A stretch of DNA of 64,000 nucleotides from a virus, in IMG/VR virus record IMGVR_UViG_3300030419_007641, positions 96,001 to 160,000 of that record. One strand, 5' to 3'. A program made the translations under genes and the position numbers. The notes beneath the pieces were generated by a model. It ran no database searches, had not been told where the DNA came from, and saw only the letters and a program-made list of their open reading frames with translations. Shown here in pieces: positions 46,857-56,970 of this stretch (within the stretch, counting starts at the first letter, position 1; every line of letters starts with the position of its first letter).

Positions 46857-47585
46857 TTAAGTCCCAAGTACTTTACATATAAATCTTAATATTTTACTTC
46901 GAGCAATTTCGGAAGTACCGAAGTCAAAAGTGTGTATATTTACCTCTTCACACTTTTTATCATTAAACTTGTTAAAGATATTTCTATAACCTGATAACTT
47001 AATATCAACCTGGTTACAGTCTCCGCAAACAATATATTTGGAATCTCTACCAAATCTAGTTAAAATTGTTGTTAGCTCACCAGCTGATAAATTTTGTGCT
47101 TCATCAACTATTACTAAGGTTTTATTAAAAGTTAAACCTCTAACGAAATTAACCGGTATGGCATCAATCATTCCTTTATGCTTGAGCATCATTGTTGTAC
47201 CTTGGTTAGTAATTTCTGTAACTTTTTCAAGCAGGGGTATAGCATAAGGAGAGAATTTATCGTCTACCTCACCAGGTAAGGACCCCAAACTTTTCTCTGC
47301 AGATTCCACTATAGATCTTATATAAACTAGTCTATCATATTGTTCATCCTTTAAGAGCTCTAGACCAGCATATACGGCTATATATGTTTTCATACTTCCT
47401 GCAGGACCATCAACAAAAGCTATTTTTGTATCTTTATGTTTTATACATCGATAAAACTCCTTATGTTTAGGATTAAAATAAAAGGGCTTTTTAATATGAA
47501 AGTCTAAAAGCCAATTATCCTGAAATGTTTCATCGAGGTTATCTACAGTAACCTCCCGACGCCTTCGGGCCGTTTTAGTACTCAT
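46857..47585 (-). CDS. phoH: PhoH-like ATPase
   Basis: DGPAGSMKT, RSIVE, GSLPG, FVRGLTF, VDEAQN, TRFG, GDCNQVD, IARS. Confidence 0.92.
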   Translation of the reverse strand: MSTKTARRRREVTVDNLDETFQDNWLLDFHIKKPFYFNPKHKEFYRCIKHKDTKIAFVDGPAGSMKTYIAVYAGLELLKDEQYDRLVYIRSIVESAEKSLGSLPGEVDDKFSPYAIPLLEKVTEITNQGTTMMLKHKGMIDAIPVNFVRGLTFNKTLVIVDEAQNLSAGELTTILTRFGRDSKYIVCGDCNQVDIKLSGYRNIFNKFNDKKCEEVNIHTFDFGTSEIARSKILRFICKVLGT

Positions 47586-47626
47586 GTATTATTATTTAGT
47601 TGAAAAACACCATTATTAGCTATAAT

Positions 47627-48388
47627 ATGTTAATGGATTGTGATAAAGAAACTTTAATAGTATCTGATGATAAGGCATTTTATACACTAGAAGGTGAAGG
47701 TGAATATGTAGGTGAACCTTCTGTGTTTTTTAGATTGTCTATGTGTAATCTAACATGTCAAGGGTTTGCTTCAGAAGATTCGCCTTATGGATGTGATTCA
47801 TATATTTCTTGGTCTGTTAAAAACAAAATGACTTTTAACGAAATATTTGAATTCATGAAAGAAAACAAATTTATTGAAAAACTTAAAGCTAATGCAATTC
47901 TAAAAATAACAGGTGGCGAGCCACTAATTCAACAAAAACAATTACTAAAATTTATAGAAGTATTTATCGATAAATATTGTTTTATTCCACGAATTGATTT
48001 TGAAACTAATGCTACATTAATGCCGGATAAGAGGTGGAAAGAAGAATATAGAGCTACATTTACTACATCACCAAAATTAACTACCAATGGAGATCCTGAA
48101 GAAAGATCTTATAAGCCTGAAGTATTAAAGTGGCATTCTGATAATGGATCCGGATTTAAGTTTGTTATTGCTACATCTGAAGACATAGAGGAAATTTGGC
48201 GCAAATATGTCGAAGATGATAAGGGTATTAATGTACCTTTAGATCGTATTTGGTTTATGCCATGTTGTGGTAGCAGGAAAGAACATGTAGAGAAGGCAGT
48301 TGCAGTAGCAGAGTATGCTAAAGCTATGAATGTAAAATTCTCACCCAGATTGCATCTGTTAATTTGGGATATGGCATTAAAAGTTTAA
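47627..48388 (+). CDS. queE: 7-carboxy-7-deazaguanine synthase (radical SAM, QueE)
   Basis: FYTLEGEG, CNLTC...CDS, ITGGEP, ETN, TSPKL, PRLH. Start adjusted to ATG 47627 (47633 also possible), downstream of TATAAT. Confidence 0.9.
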   Translation: MLMDCDKETLIVSDDKAFYTLEGEGEYVGEPSVFFRLSMCNLTCQGFASEDSPYGCDSYISWSVKNKMTFNEIFEFMKENKFIEKLKANAILKITGGEPLIQQKQLLKFIEVFIDKYCFIPRIDFETNATLMPDKRWKEEYRATFTTSPKLTTNGDPEERSYKPEVLKWHSDNGSGFKFVIATSEDIEEIWRKYVEDDKGINVPLDRIWFMPCCGSRKEHVEKAVAVAEYAKAMNVKFSPRLHLLIWDMALKV

Positions 48389-48389
48389 A

Positions 48390-49193
48390 ATGAATGAGTT
48401 TGATATAGTTATTGCAGTTGGTCCAAATGATGTTGATTATGTACACAATCAAATTAAGTGTACCAAAAAAAATATTGTTGGTTATAGGAATATTTACCTT
48501 ATTCCCTATGATCCTACTTTTAAAATAGAGGGCTGCACTACTATTGCAGAGATAGAATTTCCATTTTCTAAGCAAACAGTAGCTCAATATCACGGTAAAT
48601 TAGAACGTAATGGTTGGTACTTGCAGCAATTGCTAAAGCTTTATGCAGGTATTATAATTCCAGGTATACTAGATAGGTATTTAGTTATTGATAGCGATAC
48701 ATACTTTGTAAAACCAACTTCATTTATTACTAGTGATAATAAATGTTTATATTCACATGGTAGTGATATTCATGGTCCATATTTTGATCATATGAAGCGG
48801 TTACATCCCTCTCTAAAGAGAGTAAATTACTCTGGTATATGTCATCATATGATGTTTGAAACAAAATATGTAGAGGAAATGTTCAGCTTAATTGAGGGTA
48901 ATAAATCATCAGTACCATTTTATAAAATATTTTTAGAATGTGTAGATAAGGATGATTTTACATTATCCGGAGCCTCTGAATATGAAATATATCTTAACTA
49001 TATGTTATTATATCACCCGGAATCTATTGAGATACGCTTTTTACCGAACGTGGAAGCTCGATTTAATAGAAACGGTAATCAAGATCCGGATTGGAAAAAA
49101 AAGGCTCGCTTAACGTTAGGTGAAGATCTTGCAAATAGCCCCCCTAAAGAATGTGAAGGTCATAATTTTATCTCTTGCCATTGGTATAACTAA
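48390..49193 (+). CDS. GT-A-like (nucleotide-diphospho-sugar transferase-like) protein
   Basis: WYLQQLLKL, LVIDSDTYF, SEYEIY. Confidence 0.65.
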   Translation: MNEFDIVIAVGPNDVDYVHNQIKCTKKNIVGYRNIYLIPYDPTFKIEGCTTIAEIEFPFSKQTVAQYHGKLERNGWYLQQLLKLYAGIIIPGILDRYLVIDSDTYFVKPTSFITSDNKCLYSHGSDIHGPYFDHMKRLHPSLKRVNYSGICHHMMFETKYVEEMFSLIEGNKSSVPFYKIFLECVDKDDFTLSGASEYEIYLNYMLLYHPESIEIRFLPNVEARFNRNGNQDPDWKKKARLTLGEDLANSPPKECEGHNFISCHWYN

Positions 49194-49209
49194 CACATAT
49201 ATATATATT

Positions 49210-49968
49210 ATGAGAATTGCATTTTCAGGGACTGGTAATAGTGGTAAATCAACTCTTTTAAAGAGCTTTATGTATACTTGGGATAATTATACCACTCCTA
49301 AAGAAACATATAGAGACGTTATTACTGAGGAAAATTTACAGCATTCATCTAACACTACAACAGATACCCAAGAAAAAATCCTAAATTTTATGATTGATCA
49401 GCTTCAATTAAATGATAAGGATGATAAAATAGCTTATGATAGATGCCCATTAGATAATATTGCTTATTCAATGTGGTGTCATGATAAAGGCATTAAAGGA
49501 TTTACAAAACAATTTGTAACTAAACAAATTGCTCTTATGAGAGAGTCAATGAGACATCTAGATATTGTTTTTTTATGTAGATTTGATGAAAAGCAAGCCG
49601 TTGAAGATGATGGATTTAGAGACACTGATATTAACTTTATTAAAGAGGTAGATAATATTTTTTATTCTTTATATAATCAATATATTCAAAATCCAGAAGC
49701 AGATATATTTTTCCCTGCTGGTGATACCCCTTGTATATTACCGTTGCCAAATGATCAGCAACAACGTATTGATTTAATTGCAGAGTATATTGCACCGGGT
49801 GGTGACTTAATTAGTGATGAAGAATCAATTCTAAATCCTAATAATTTAAACGAATTGGAGGCATTAGTTAGGGAGCAAAAGGCTGCACTCGAACAAGAAG
49901 AACGTGAAAAGGAATTGCAAAGAAAGTTTGGACTACCTGATGGAGGTTATCCACCAATAACGTTATGA
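49210..49968 (+). CDS. P-loop nucleotide/nucleoside kinase-like protein
   Basis: Likely start MRIAFSGTGNSGKST at 49210; DRCPLDNIAY. Confidence 0.8.
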   Translation: MRIAFSGTGNSGKSTLLKSFMYTWDNYTTPKETYRDVITEENLQHSSNTTTDTQEKILNFMIDQLQLNDKDDKIAYDRCPLDNIAYSMWCHDKGIKGFTKQFVTKQIALMRESMRHLDIVFLCRFDEKQAVEDDGFRDTDINFIKEVDNIFYSLYNQYIQNPEADIFFPAGDTPCILPLPNDQQQRIDLIAEYIAPGGDLISDEESILNPNNLNELEALVREQKAALEQEEREKELQRKFGLPDGGYPPITL

Positions 49969-50798
49969 GTGAGAGTATAGGTATAGGAATTATTACCTGT
50001 GATCGGCCTGATTTTTTTACAAAATGTAGGGATTCTATAGATGATAATTCCTATAATCATATTGTTGTCGTAAATGATGGTAATGATGATGTGGTTAATC
50101 CTAGAGCACCAGTTATTAAAACCGGGGGTAGAGAAGGAGTAGGTAAGGGTAAAAATAAAATTTTAAAGTATCTATATGAAAAGGGGTGCGATTATATGTT
50201 CTTATTAGAGGATGATATGATAATGCTAGATAATTCTGTTTTTACAAAATACATACAAGCACATAAGGCATCCGGAATACATCATTTTAACTATGGGCCC
50301 GGCTCCCCGTTTAATAGAAAGCAAACTATTGAAAATTTTGACCTACACAACAGACACGAGTTAGATCAACATTCAGAACCAAATCCTCGTTTAATTGTAG
50401 ATTATAAAGATATAAAAATTTCTTTATTTACACATACTGTGGCTATGTTTTCCTTTTTTACAAGAGAAGTAATAGATAAAGCAGGTTATATTGACGAAGA
50501 ATTTTATAATGCCTGGGAACATGTAGATCATACATACAGAATAATTAAAGAGCAAATGCATCCACCTTTTTGGTATTTTGCTGATATATATGACAGTCAT
50601 AAGTATATGACTGAAGCTCCAGATGCTATTGATAAGTCTTCTATTGCTGGTGACTCTGAACAATGGAAAAAGAATGTATATGGGGGTAGAGAAATTTATA
50701 AACGAAAACATGGACACTATCCTAATATGCCCCCGCATACAACTAAAGAAGAAGTTTTACAAACCTTAAAACAGATTAAAAATGATTATTCCAAATAG
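49965..50798 (+). CDS. GT2 glycosyltransferase
   Basis: IITCDRP, VVNDG, LLEDD, AWEHVD. Confidence 0.85.
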   Translation: MSESIGIGIITCDRPDFFTKCRDSIDDNSYNHIVVVNDGNDDVVNPRAPVIKTGGREGVGKGKNKILKYLYEKGCDYMFLLEDDMIMLDNSVFTKYIQAHKASGIHHFNYGPGSPFNRKQTIENFDLHNRHELDQHSEPNPRLIVDYKDIKISLFTHTVAMFSFFTREVIDKAGYIDEEFYNAWEHVDHTYRIIKEQMHPPFWYFADIYDSHKYMTEAPDAIDKSSIAGDSEQWKKNVYGGREIYKRKHGHYPNMPPHTTKEEVLQTLKQIKNDYSK

Positions 50799-51552
50799 CT
50801 GTATATTTTATTTAGTAAATGACCAAGAAATACATATTAAAAGGCTAGAAGATAGCCTAAGATGTCTTAAGAACAATTTTTTAAGACAGTATCCATATCC
50901 TGTTGTATTTGGTCATGAAGGTATTTCCAGCCCAACTAAGGCTAGAATTCGAAACGCTGCTCCGGAAAATTGTTATTTTCATAAAGTAAACTTTTCCTTA
51001 CCATCTTATAGTCAAGATATAAAAGATAAAATTCCAGAAAAGTTTAAAGGTCATTGGGATGATAATGCATTTTTCTCAATGGGATATAGGCATATGTGTA
51101 GATTATTTTCCGGAGGACTCTACGAGGATAAATTTTTTAATAACGTTAAATACCTAATGCGTCTAGATTGTGATTCATATATTACCAGTGAAGTTTCAGT
51201 AGACCCATTTAAAGTTATGGCAGATAAGCAAGGTATTTATGGTTATGTTGGGGAAGAGGAAGATATGGATTATGTTATTGAAGGACTATTTGACTTTGTA
51301 GAAAAAGTTTTACCAACAGATAAAAATCTTCAATATAATAAAATGTATCAAACACATTTTTTTATTGAAGACTGTGAATGGTTTCGATCAGATCCATATA
51401 TGAGCTATTTTAAAGAAATAGACAAAACAGGTAACATTTATATTAAAAGATGGGGTGATGCACCTATAAAATATCAAGGTGTTATGAGACTAGTACCAAA
51501 AGAAAAGCGCATCAAATTTCATTTACCATATAGACACGGAGGTGATTTATGA
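50782..51552 (+). CDS. GT15 (KRE2/MNT1-like) mannosyltransferase-like protein
   Basis: GYRHMCRLFSG, RLDCDS, FKEIDKTGNIYIKRWGDAPI. Confidence 0.8.
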   Translation: MIIPNSCIFYLVNDQEIHIKRLEDSLRCLKNNFLRQYPYPVVFGHEGISSPTKARIRNAAPENCYFHKVNFSLPSYSQDIKDKIPEKFKGHWDDNAFFSMGYRHMCRLFSGGLYEDKFFNNVKYLMRLDCDSYITSEVSVDPFKVMADKQGIYGYVGEEEDMDYVIEGLFDFVEKVLPTDKNLQYNKMYQTHFFIEDCEWFRSDPYMSYFKEIDKTGNIYIKRWGDAPIKYQGVMRLVPKEKRIKFHLPYRHGGDL

Positions 51553-52292
51553 AAATAGCTGTGTTGGTTCCTACAAGAGAGAGAATGAATAACAGACTTA
51601 CTCTGTTATTTTCTATATTAACTACTGTCAACAATATTGATAATGTTAATATATATTATGGTGTAGATAAGGATGATCCTACGTTAGATACTATTAAAAG
51701 AGTTGCATCAGCTATACCAGCTCTTAAAATTGTAGAAATTGATAATAAAAATAAGTTTTTGGGCCTGGGTATATTATGGAATAAGTTAGTAAAGGCTTCT
51801 AATGAGGAAATTATATCTATGATAGGTGATGATATGGTATTTAAAACGCCTGGATGGGATACAATGCTACTTGAAGAATTTAATAACATGCCCAAAGATA
51901 AAATTCAAGCTATACATTGCAATGATGACTACCATGGTGCAAAATTAGCTGTTAATTTATTCTGTCATAGAAAATATGTTGATGTGCTGGGTTATTTTAT
52001 GAGAGAGGAATTTTTAATCAATTGGGTTGATCAATGGCTACATCAAACGTTTTCTGCATTTGGCAGATTAAAATATAGAGATGATATTATGATCGAGCAC
52101 AGACACTGGGTATTTGGTAAAACCCCTAGAGATAATACAGCTGAAAGAATGAATAATGCTAATGGTGGGAGCGAGGTAATAAGTGATAAATTATGGCACG
52201 AATTAGTAGATGAGAGAATTAGCGATGTTAAAAAACTTAGTAAATATTTAAACATGGAACCCGACTGGGGTAAGGTTGATACTGGGACGTAA
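51549..52292 (+). CDS. GT2-like glycosyltransferase
   Basis: IAVLVPTRER, MIGDD, WVDQW, IEHRH. Confidence 0.75.
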   Translation: MKIAVLVPTRERMNNRLTLLFSILTTVNNIDNVNIYYGVDKDDPTLDTIKRVASAIPALKIVEIDNKNKFLGLGILWNKLVKASNEEIISMIGDDMVFKTPGWDTMLLEEFNNMPKDKIQAIHCNDDYHGAKLAVNLFCHRKYVDVLGYFMREEFLINWVDQWLHQTFSAFGRLKYRDDIMIEHRHWVFGKTPRDNTAERMNNANGGSEVISDKLWHELVDERISDVKKLSKYLNMEPDWGKVDTGT

Positions 52293-52294
52293 AA

Positions 52295-53035
52295 ATGGGT
52301 GAAATAACCACACAAGATAAGCTAGGTGCATCTATTTCACATTTAGTAAAGGAACTTAAGTTAAAGGTAAATCTCGAAATAGGGTCTTGGGATGGTACTG
52401 GCGCTACTAGATGTTTTATAGATGCTATGAAAGATTTTTCTAGAAAATCTCTAACATGTTTAGAAATAGACAAGAAAAAATTTAACAGTTTAGTTAAAAA
52501 TGTAGGAGATTATTCATGGGTTAAGTGCTATAATAGATCGTCCATAAATTGTAATAAACTAATTGATTTCGGGTTTGATAGAATTTGGAACTCGCTTTTT
52601 AATCCACTAGTACATTTTACAGATACTAAAAAAGAAACTGTGGAGGAGTGGTACACCGGTGATGTAAATTTAATGAAAAAATATCCGCAGGGATTTTTAG
52701 AGGAAGATCATACAATATACGATGCAGTTTTAATTGACGGTGGTGAATTTACAGGTTATTTTGAATTTGAACTTTTAAAAAATCGAACAAACGTGTTCTT
52801 TTTAGACGATTCTTTTAGATCATACAAAACAAATAAAGCAGCTATTTTATTATCAGAAGATTTAGAGTGGGATTGCTTGGCGTATGAAAAGAGTGTTGAA
52901 GGGCTAGATTGGGGATTAAGTTCTTATGTAGAAAAGGAAGAAGAGGTACCACAGCATATCTTAGAGGCAATGATGGAACATCGAAAAAAGGTAAGAAACG
53001 GATTTGCTATCTTTAAAAGAAAAAAATTTATATAA
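52295..53035 (+). CDS. class I SAM-dependent methyltransferase-like protein
   Basis: LEIGSWDG (motif I), CLE, DAVLIDGGE, FLDD. Confidence 0.7.
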   Translation: MGEITTQDKLGASISHLVKELKLKVNLEIGSWDGTGATRCFIDAMKDFSRKSLTCLEIDKKKFNSLVKNVGDYSWVKCYNRSSINCNKLIDFGFDRIWNSLFNPLVHFTDTKKETVEEWYTGDVNLMKKYPQGFLEEDHTIYDAVLIDGGEFTGYFEFELLKNRTNVFFLDDSFRSYKTNKAAILLSEDLEWDCLAYEKSVEGLDWGLSSYVEKEEEVPQHILEAMMEHRKKVRNGFAIFKRKKFI

Positions 53036-53036
53036 T

Positions 53037-53747
53037 ATGGATAGTAATTCCTTAGGTATAATTCAGCCTGGTAAATTAGGAGATTTAATTATAGTATTAC
53101 CTGCTGCAAAATATTTGTATGATAAGGGCTATACAATATATTGGCCCGTATACGAGCAATTTGCTAATATGTTCAACGAAGTTGTTGATTATGTTAATTT
53201 TATTCCTGTAACCGATAATGTTTATAAATGTGTTGAAGAATCTTATAAAAAATTACATGATCTAAACGTAACTAATATTAAAGATATTGCAGCAACTTTT
53301 CCAGGTAGTACATCGACAGACGAATATGTAGAGTTAGGTGACGGTAAGATACAGCCTTTTGATGTTTTTAAATATGATAAGCTAGGAGTACCTATAGAAG
53401 AAAAATGGAATATAACAGTTAACAGAAATTACCAAGAAGAAGAAAAACTCTATAAAAAATTGGTAAACAACGAAAAATATGCAGTAGTATGTTTACGGCA
53501 TTCTAGAGGGGAATTAAATGTTAAATTTAATGAATCCGACGGGCAAATTATTCACATAACAGATGATTATAATATTTTTTATTGGCTAAAAATTTTAGAA
53601 AACGCACATACAATAGCATTAGTTGAAAGCAGTATGTCTAACTTGGTAGAACAATTTAGCTTCGATTGTAAAAAGATATTGTTTCGAAAGATTGATAATT
53701 ATTTTATGAAATTACCGGTCATGAAAAATAAGTGGAAAATAGTATGA
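53037..53747 (+). CDS. GT9-like (heptosyltransferase-like) protein
   Basis: IIQPGKLGDLII; likely start MDSNS at 53037. Confidence 0.55.
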   Translation: MDSNSLGIIQPGKLGDLIIVLPAAKYLYDKGYTIYWPVYEQFANMFNEVVDYVNFIPVTDNVYKCVEESYKKLHDLNVTNIKDIAATFPGSTSTDEYVELGDGKIQPFDVFKYDKLGVPIEEKWNITVNRNYQEEEKLYKKLVNNEKYAVVCLRHSRGELNVKFNESDGQIIHITDDYNIFYWLKILENAHTIALVESSMSNLVEQFSFDCKKILFRKIDNYFMKLPVMKNKWKIV

Positions 53748-54529
53748 CAAGAGTAGCATTTACAATAATATTAAACGGCTATAAACACTTAGTTCATAAC
53801 AATTACTATGAAACGATGTGTAAAAATTTTGATTTATGGGTAATAGTCGAAGGGGTAGCTAATCCTGGTGGATCAACAGAGTGGTGCAATAAGCTTAGTG
53901 ATACCTTTCATAATAATTTTATATCAAACGACGGTACTTCTGAATTTTTAGATAAAAATAAAAAAGAAAACGTTATTATTGTTCGACCTAATGACAGACC
54001 ATGGCATAGTAAAGATGAGCAAGTTAATGCTGCTATTAAACATATTAAACAAAGAGTTAAAGAATGTTTTTTATGGCAAATAGATATAGACGAACAATGG
54101 GAATTAGAGCAGCTAAAAACAGCAGAGACAAAGCTTATTGAAAATAATGGAAAAACTGGTTGCTTTTTTTGTAATTATTTTGTAGGTCCTAATCAACAGG
54201 TATTTGGAGAATGGGGCGAGGGTAGAAATGAACCATATAGAAGACTATGGCACTGGTGCGGTGAAAATTTTAAAACACACGAGCCACCACAATTAGATGG
54301 CAAAAATGGTCCCGGTCTATTTTTACCAGTTAGATTTAATCATTACGCATATTATTTTAAGGAAGATGTAAAATTTAAAGAACAGTATTACGGTAACTAT
54401 GATGGGTTATATGATAGGTGGAAAGCTGTACAAACAAATAGAGACATTATTCCAATTAGTCAGTTATTAGGTCCAAACTTAAGGTGGAGTTATACAAATA
54501 CTATTATAAAATATACTAATGATTATTGA
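53732..54529 (+). CDS. GT-A-like glycosyltransferase
   Basis: WVIVEG, DGT, WQIDIDEQW, FNHYAY. Confidence 0.65.
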   Translation: MENSMTRVAFTIILNGYKHLVHNNYYETMCKNFDLWVIVEGVANPGGSTEWCNKLSDTFHNNFISNDGTSEFLDKNKKENVIIVRPNDRPWHSKDEQVNAAIKHIKQRVKECFLWQIDIDEQWELEQLKTAETKLIENNGKTGCFFCNYFVGPNQQVFGEWGEGRNEPYRRLWHWCGENFKTHEPPQLDGKNGPGLFLPVRFNHYAYYFKEDVKFKEQYYGNYDGLYDRWKAVQTNRDIIPISQLLGPNLRWSYTNTIIKYTNDY

Positions 54530-55343
54530 CGGAAATAATTTAATAGGTCATTATCTTAAAAAAAATAAGCCGTTTGCTGCTGGTAAGATAGGAGGTAACG
54601 AACTTCAAATTCTATATTACTCAATAGTTAAGGCTAATCCTTGGGGACCTCAATTTATAAAAGAGGTTGAAGATGTAGCAGGGATGTATCCAATGAATGA
54701 AGAAACTGCGGACTGGTTTACAGAAACTCTCTTAAATGATATTAAGGACTTAGATCTAATACCCAAGTGGAATAGAGTAATACCAGATTTTGAAAAATAT
54801 ATATTCGAGAGATACTGCCCGGGCACACATGTTACAAAATTACAGCATTTAGAACCTTATTTTTTTGATAAGCCATGGACACGTTATTTGGAGGGGAAGC
54901 GTGTAGCAGTCTTTTCACCTTTTGCTAGCTCTATAAAGAAAAATTTTAAAAATTTAGACAAAATTTGGAATAATAAAATTCAGCCTAATTTTGATTTAAT
55001 TCCTATAAAATACCCGACCTCTATTCCTATTACTGAAAATTCATCATATAAATTATCACGAGAAATTTACAATGAATTTTTACAAAAAGTTAGAGAAGTA
55101 GAATTTGATGTAGGTATTTTCGGTACTGGTCACACGGGATTACTATTTGCATTAGAATGTAAAAGGCTAGGTAAAGCAGGAATTCACCTAGGCGGGCCAA
55201 CGCAAATACTATTTGGAATAAAAGGTAATAGGTGGCAAGAAATAGAAGAATTTTCACCATTTTTTAATGATTATTGGACCAAACCTCTACAGAGCGAAAC
55301 ACCTAAAAAAGTAGATTTAGTAGAGGGGGCATGCTATTGGTAA
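54519..55343 (+). CDS. glycan-biosynthesis protein, possible GT-D-like fold
   Basis: AGKIGGNE, LEPYF, GIHLGGPTQILFGIKGNRW; context within the GT cluster. Confidence 0.55.
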   Translation: MIIDGNNLIGHYLKKNKPFAAGKIGGNELQILYYSIVKANPWGPQFIKEVEDVAGMYPMNEETADWFTETLLNDIKDLDLIPKWNRVIPDFEKYIFERYCPGTHVTKLQHLEPYFFDKPWTRYLEGKRVAVFSPFASSIKKNFKNLDKIWNNKIQPNFDLIPIKYPTSIPITENSSYKLSREIYNEFLQKVREVEFDVGIFGTGHTGLLFALECKRLGKAGIHLGGPTQILFGIKGNRWQEIEEFSPFFNDYWTKPLQSETPKKVDLVEGACYW

Positions 55344-55344
55344 A

Positions 55345-56118
55345 ATGAGTGTTGTAGTTCAATTTAACCCAGCTGGTAGAATGGGTAACAGAATGTTTCA
55401 GTATGCCGCGGGGTATATTTTAGCTACTAAAGGAAACAAAACACTCTATCACGACGGGTTGCCAAATTTTGGCATTTCACCTCATCAAGATAAAGTTGTT
55501 GCTACTCCACCAGTCATTGACGTTTATAGAAAATGGGGGGAAAATGATGCAGACATGGACCTTTTAATTAACCACCCGGGTACAATTATTATTAATTCCT
55601 TTCTGCAAAAAAGTAGGCACTTTATAAATTATAGAGATATGTTAAGAGAGGCATTTAGTATAAAACCTCGTGAAATTTTAAATAAAGAACACCTGGTTGT
55701 ACATGTCCGTGAAACGGATTATAAAGAAATTAAATGTTTTTTAGGTTATGATTTTTATAAATCAATGATTAATAATTCTGGATTTACTAAAATTAAAATA
55801 GTAACAGATAATTCAGATTGTGAAACGGTTAAAAAATTAATTAGTGATGGGTGCGAATTAGTTAGTGAAGGGTATGTAGACAAATTTGAATTTCATAGTA
55901 ATGAGAGATCAATAAATGACTTTAAAACTCTACTTTATAGTGAAAATATAGCTCTATCTCAATCATCTTTTTCTTGGTGGACTGCCTTTTTAGGTTACCA
56001 TAAAAAAATTATTTTTCCCTTTTCCTCAAAAGTCAAAATGTGGCCCGTAAATCCAGGTCGCGACGATGTAGATCTATATTTTGATTTTAATGGCGAATCA
56101 ACTAAGTACGTACTATAG
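55345..56118 (+). CDS. GT11 (alpha-1,2-fucosyltransferase-like) protein
   Basis: GRMGNRMFQYA, VHVRETD, SQSSFSWW. Confidence 0.8.
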   Translation: MSVVVQFNPAGRMGNRMFQYAAGYILATKGNKTLYHDGLPNFGISPHQDKVVATPPVIDVYRKWGENDADMDLLINHPGTIIINSFLQKSRHFINYRDMLREAFSIKPREILNKEHLVVHVRETDYKEIKCFLGYDFYKSMINNSGFTKIKIVTDNSDCETVKKLISDGCELVSEGYVDKFEFHSNERSINDFKTLLYSENIALSQSSFSWWTAFLGYHKKIIFPFSSKVKMWPVNPGRDDVDLYFDFNGESTKYVL

Positions 56119-56121
56119 TAA

Positions 56122-56970
56122 ATGTCAGATAAAACTAATTTTATTTTATTTCATAAGGGAAATAATCTCCCGCAACATATAAAAGTTTGCGTAGATCAAA
56201 TTAGAAAAACGCAGACCAACTACAATATATTTTTTTTAACTAATTTAAACGTAGATAGTAATAACGTCAATATAATTGATATTAGTAAGTATAGTATACC
56301 TTTAAATGAGATTACATACTATAGGGAACATCAAGATCCGTTATGGCGAACTGCTTTTGAACGACTTTTTTATATTAATGAATTTATTAAAGATAGTAAA
56401 TTAACTAATATAGTTCACTTTGATAATGATGTTTTGATATATAAAAATATTGCAGATATTTCTATACTGTTAAATGATAATATACCTAATATAGGTTTAA
56501 CACCACATAAAAAAGACGAATTAGTATGCGGATTTATGTTCATAAAAAATAGTAACTCACTAGAACAAGTGTGTGAAGAATTGTTAAATCTTGCTATACT
56601 CGGGGAAACCAAATTAGAAGAAATGCTTCAAAGTATGCCCCATGAAATGAGACTGCTAGGCCACTTGCAAAATAATATACTAAAAGATAAAGTAATTACC
56701 TCTTTGCCTGTTTCCCCTATCGAACCAGGCAATAACTTGTTTAATATATTTCAAGGTGTTTTTGATCCTAGCTCATATGGTCAATTTTTTGGTTTAGATA
56801 ATACAATTCATCCTGATGGCGCCAATCGATTTATTGATAGGTATATTAATAAGGAGCTAGCTCCTGTATTTGATAAATACGACCCCTATGTACTGTGGGA
56901 TAATAAAAGAATACCTATTTTTAATTTACACATACACAATAAACATCTTGATCGGTATGCTAGCAGGTGA
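56122..56970 (+). CDS. GT-A-like protein
   Basis: AFERLF, VHFDNDVLIY, FDPSSYGQ, NLHIH. Confidence 0.6.
   Translation: MSDKTNFILFHKGNNLPQHIKVCVDQIRKTQTNYNIFFLTNLNVDSNNVNIIDISKYSIPLNEITYYREHQDPLWRTAFERLFYINEFIKDSKLTNIVHFDNDVLIYKNIADISILLNDNIPNIGLTPHKKDELVCGFMFIKNSNSLEQVCEELLNLAILGETKLEEMLQSMPHEMRLLGHLQNNILKDKVITSLPVSPIEPGNNLFNIFQGVFDPSSYGQFFGLDNTIHPDGANRFIDRYINKELAPVFDKYDPYVLWDNKRIPIFNLHIHNKHLDRYASR

Noticed and set aside
44852-48388. folE/queD read as folate or tetrahydrobiopterin auxiliary metabolism
   Set aside because: Co-presence of queE and queC makes 7-deazaguanine (preQ0) synthesis the better explanation.
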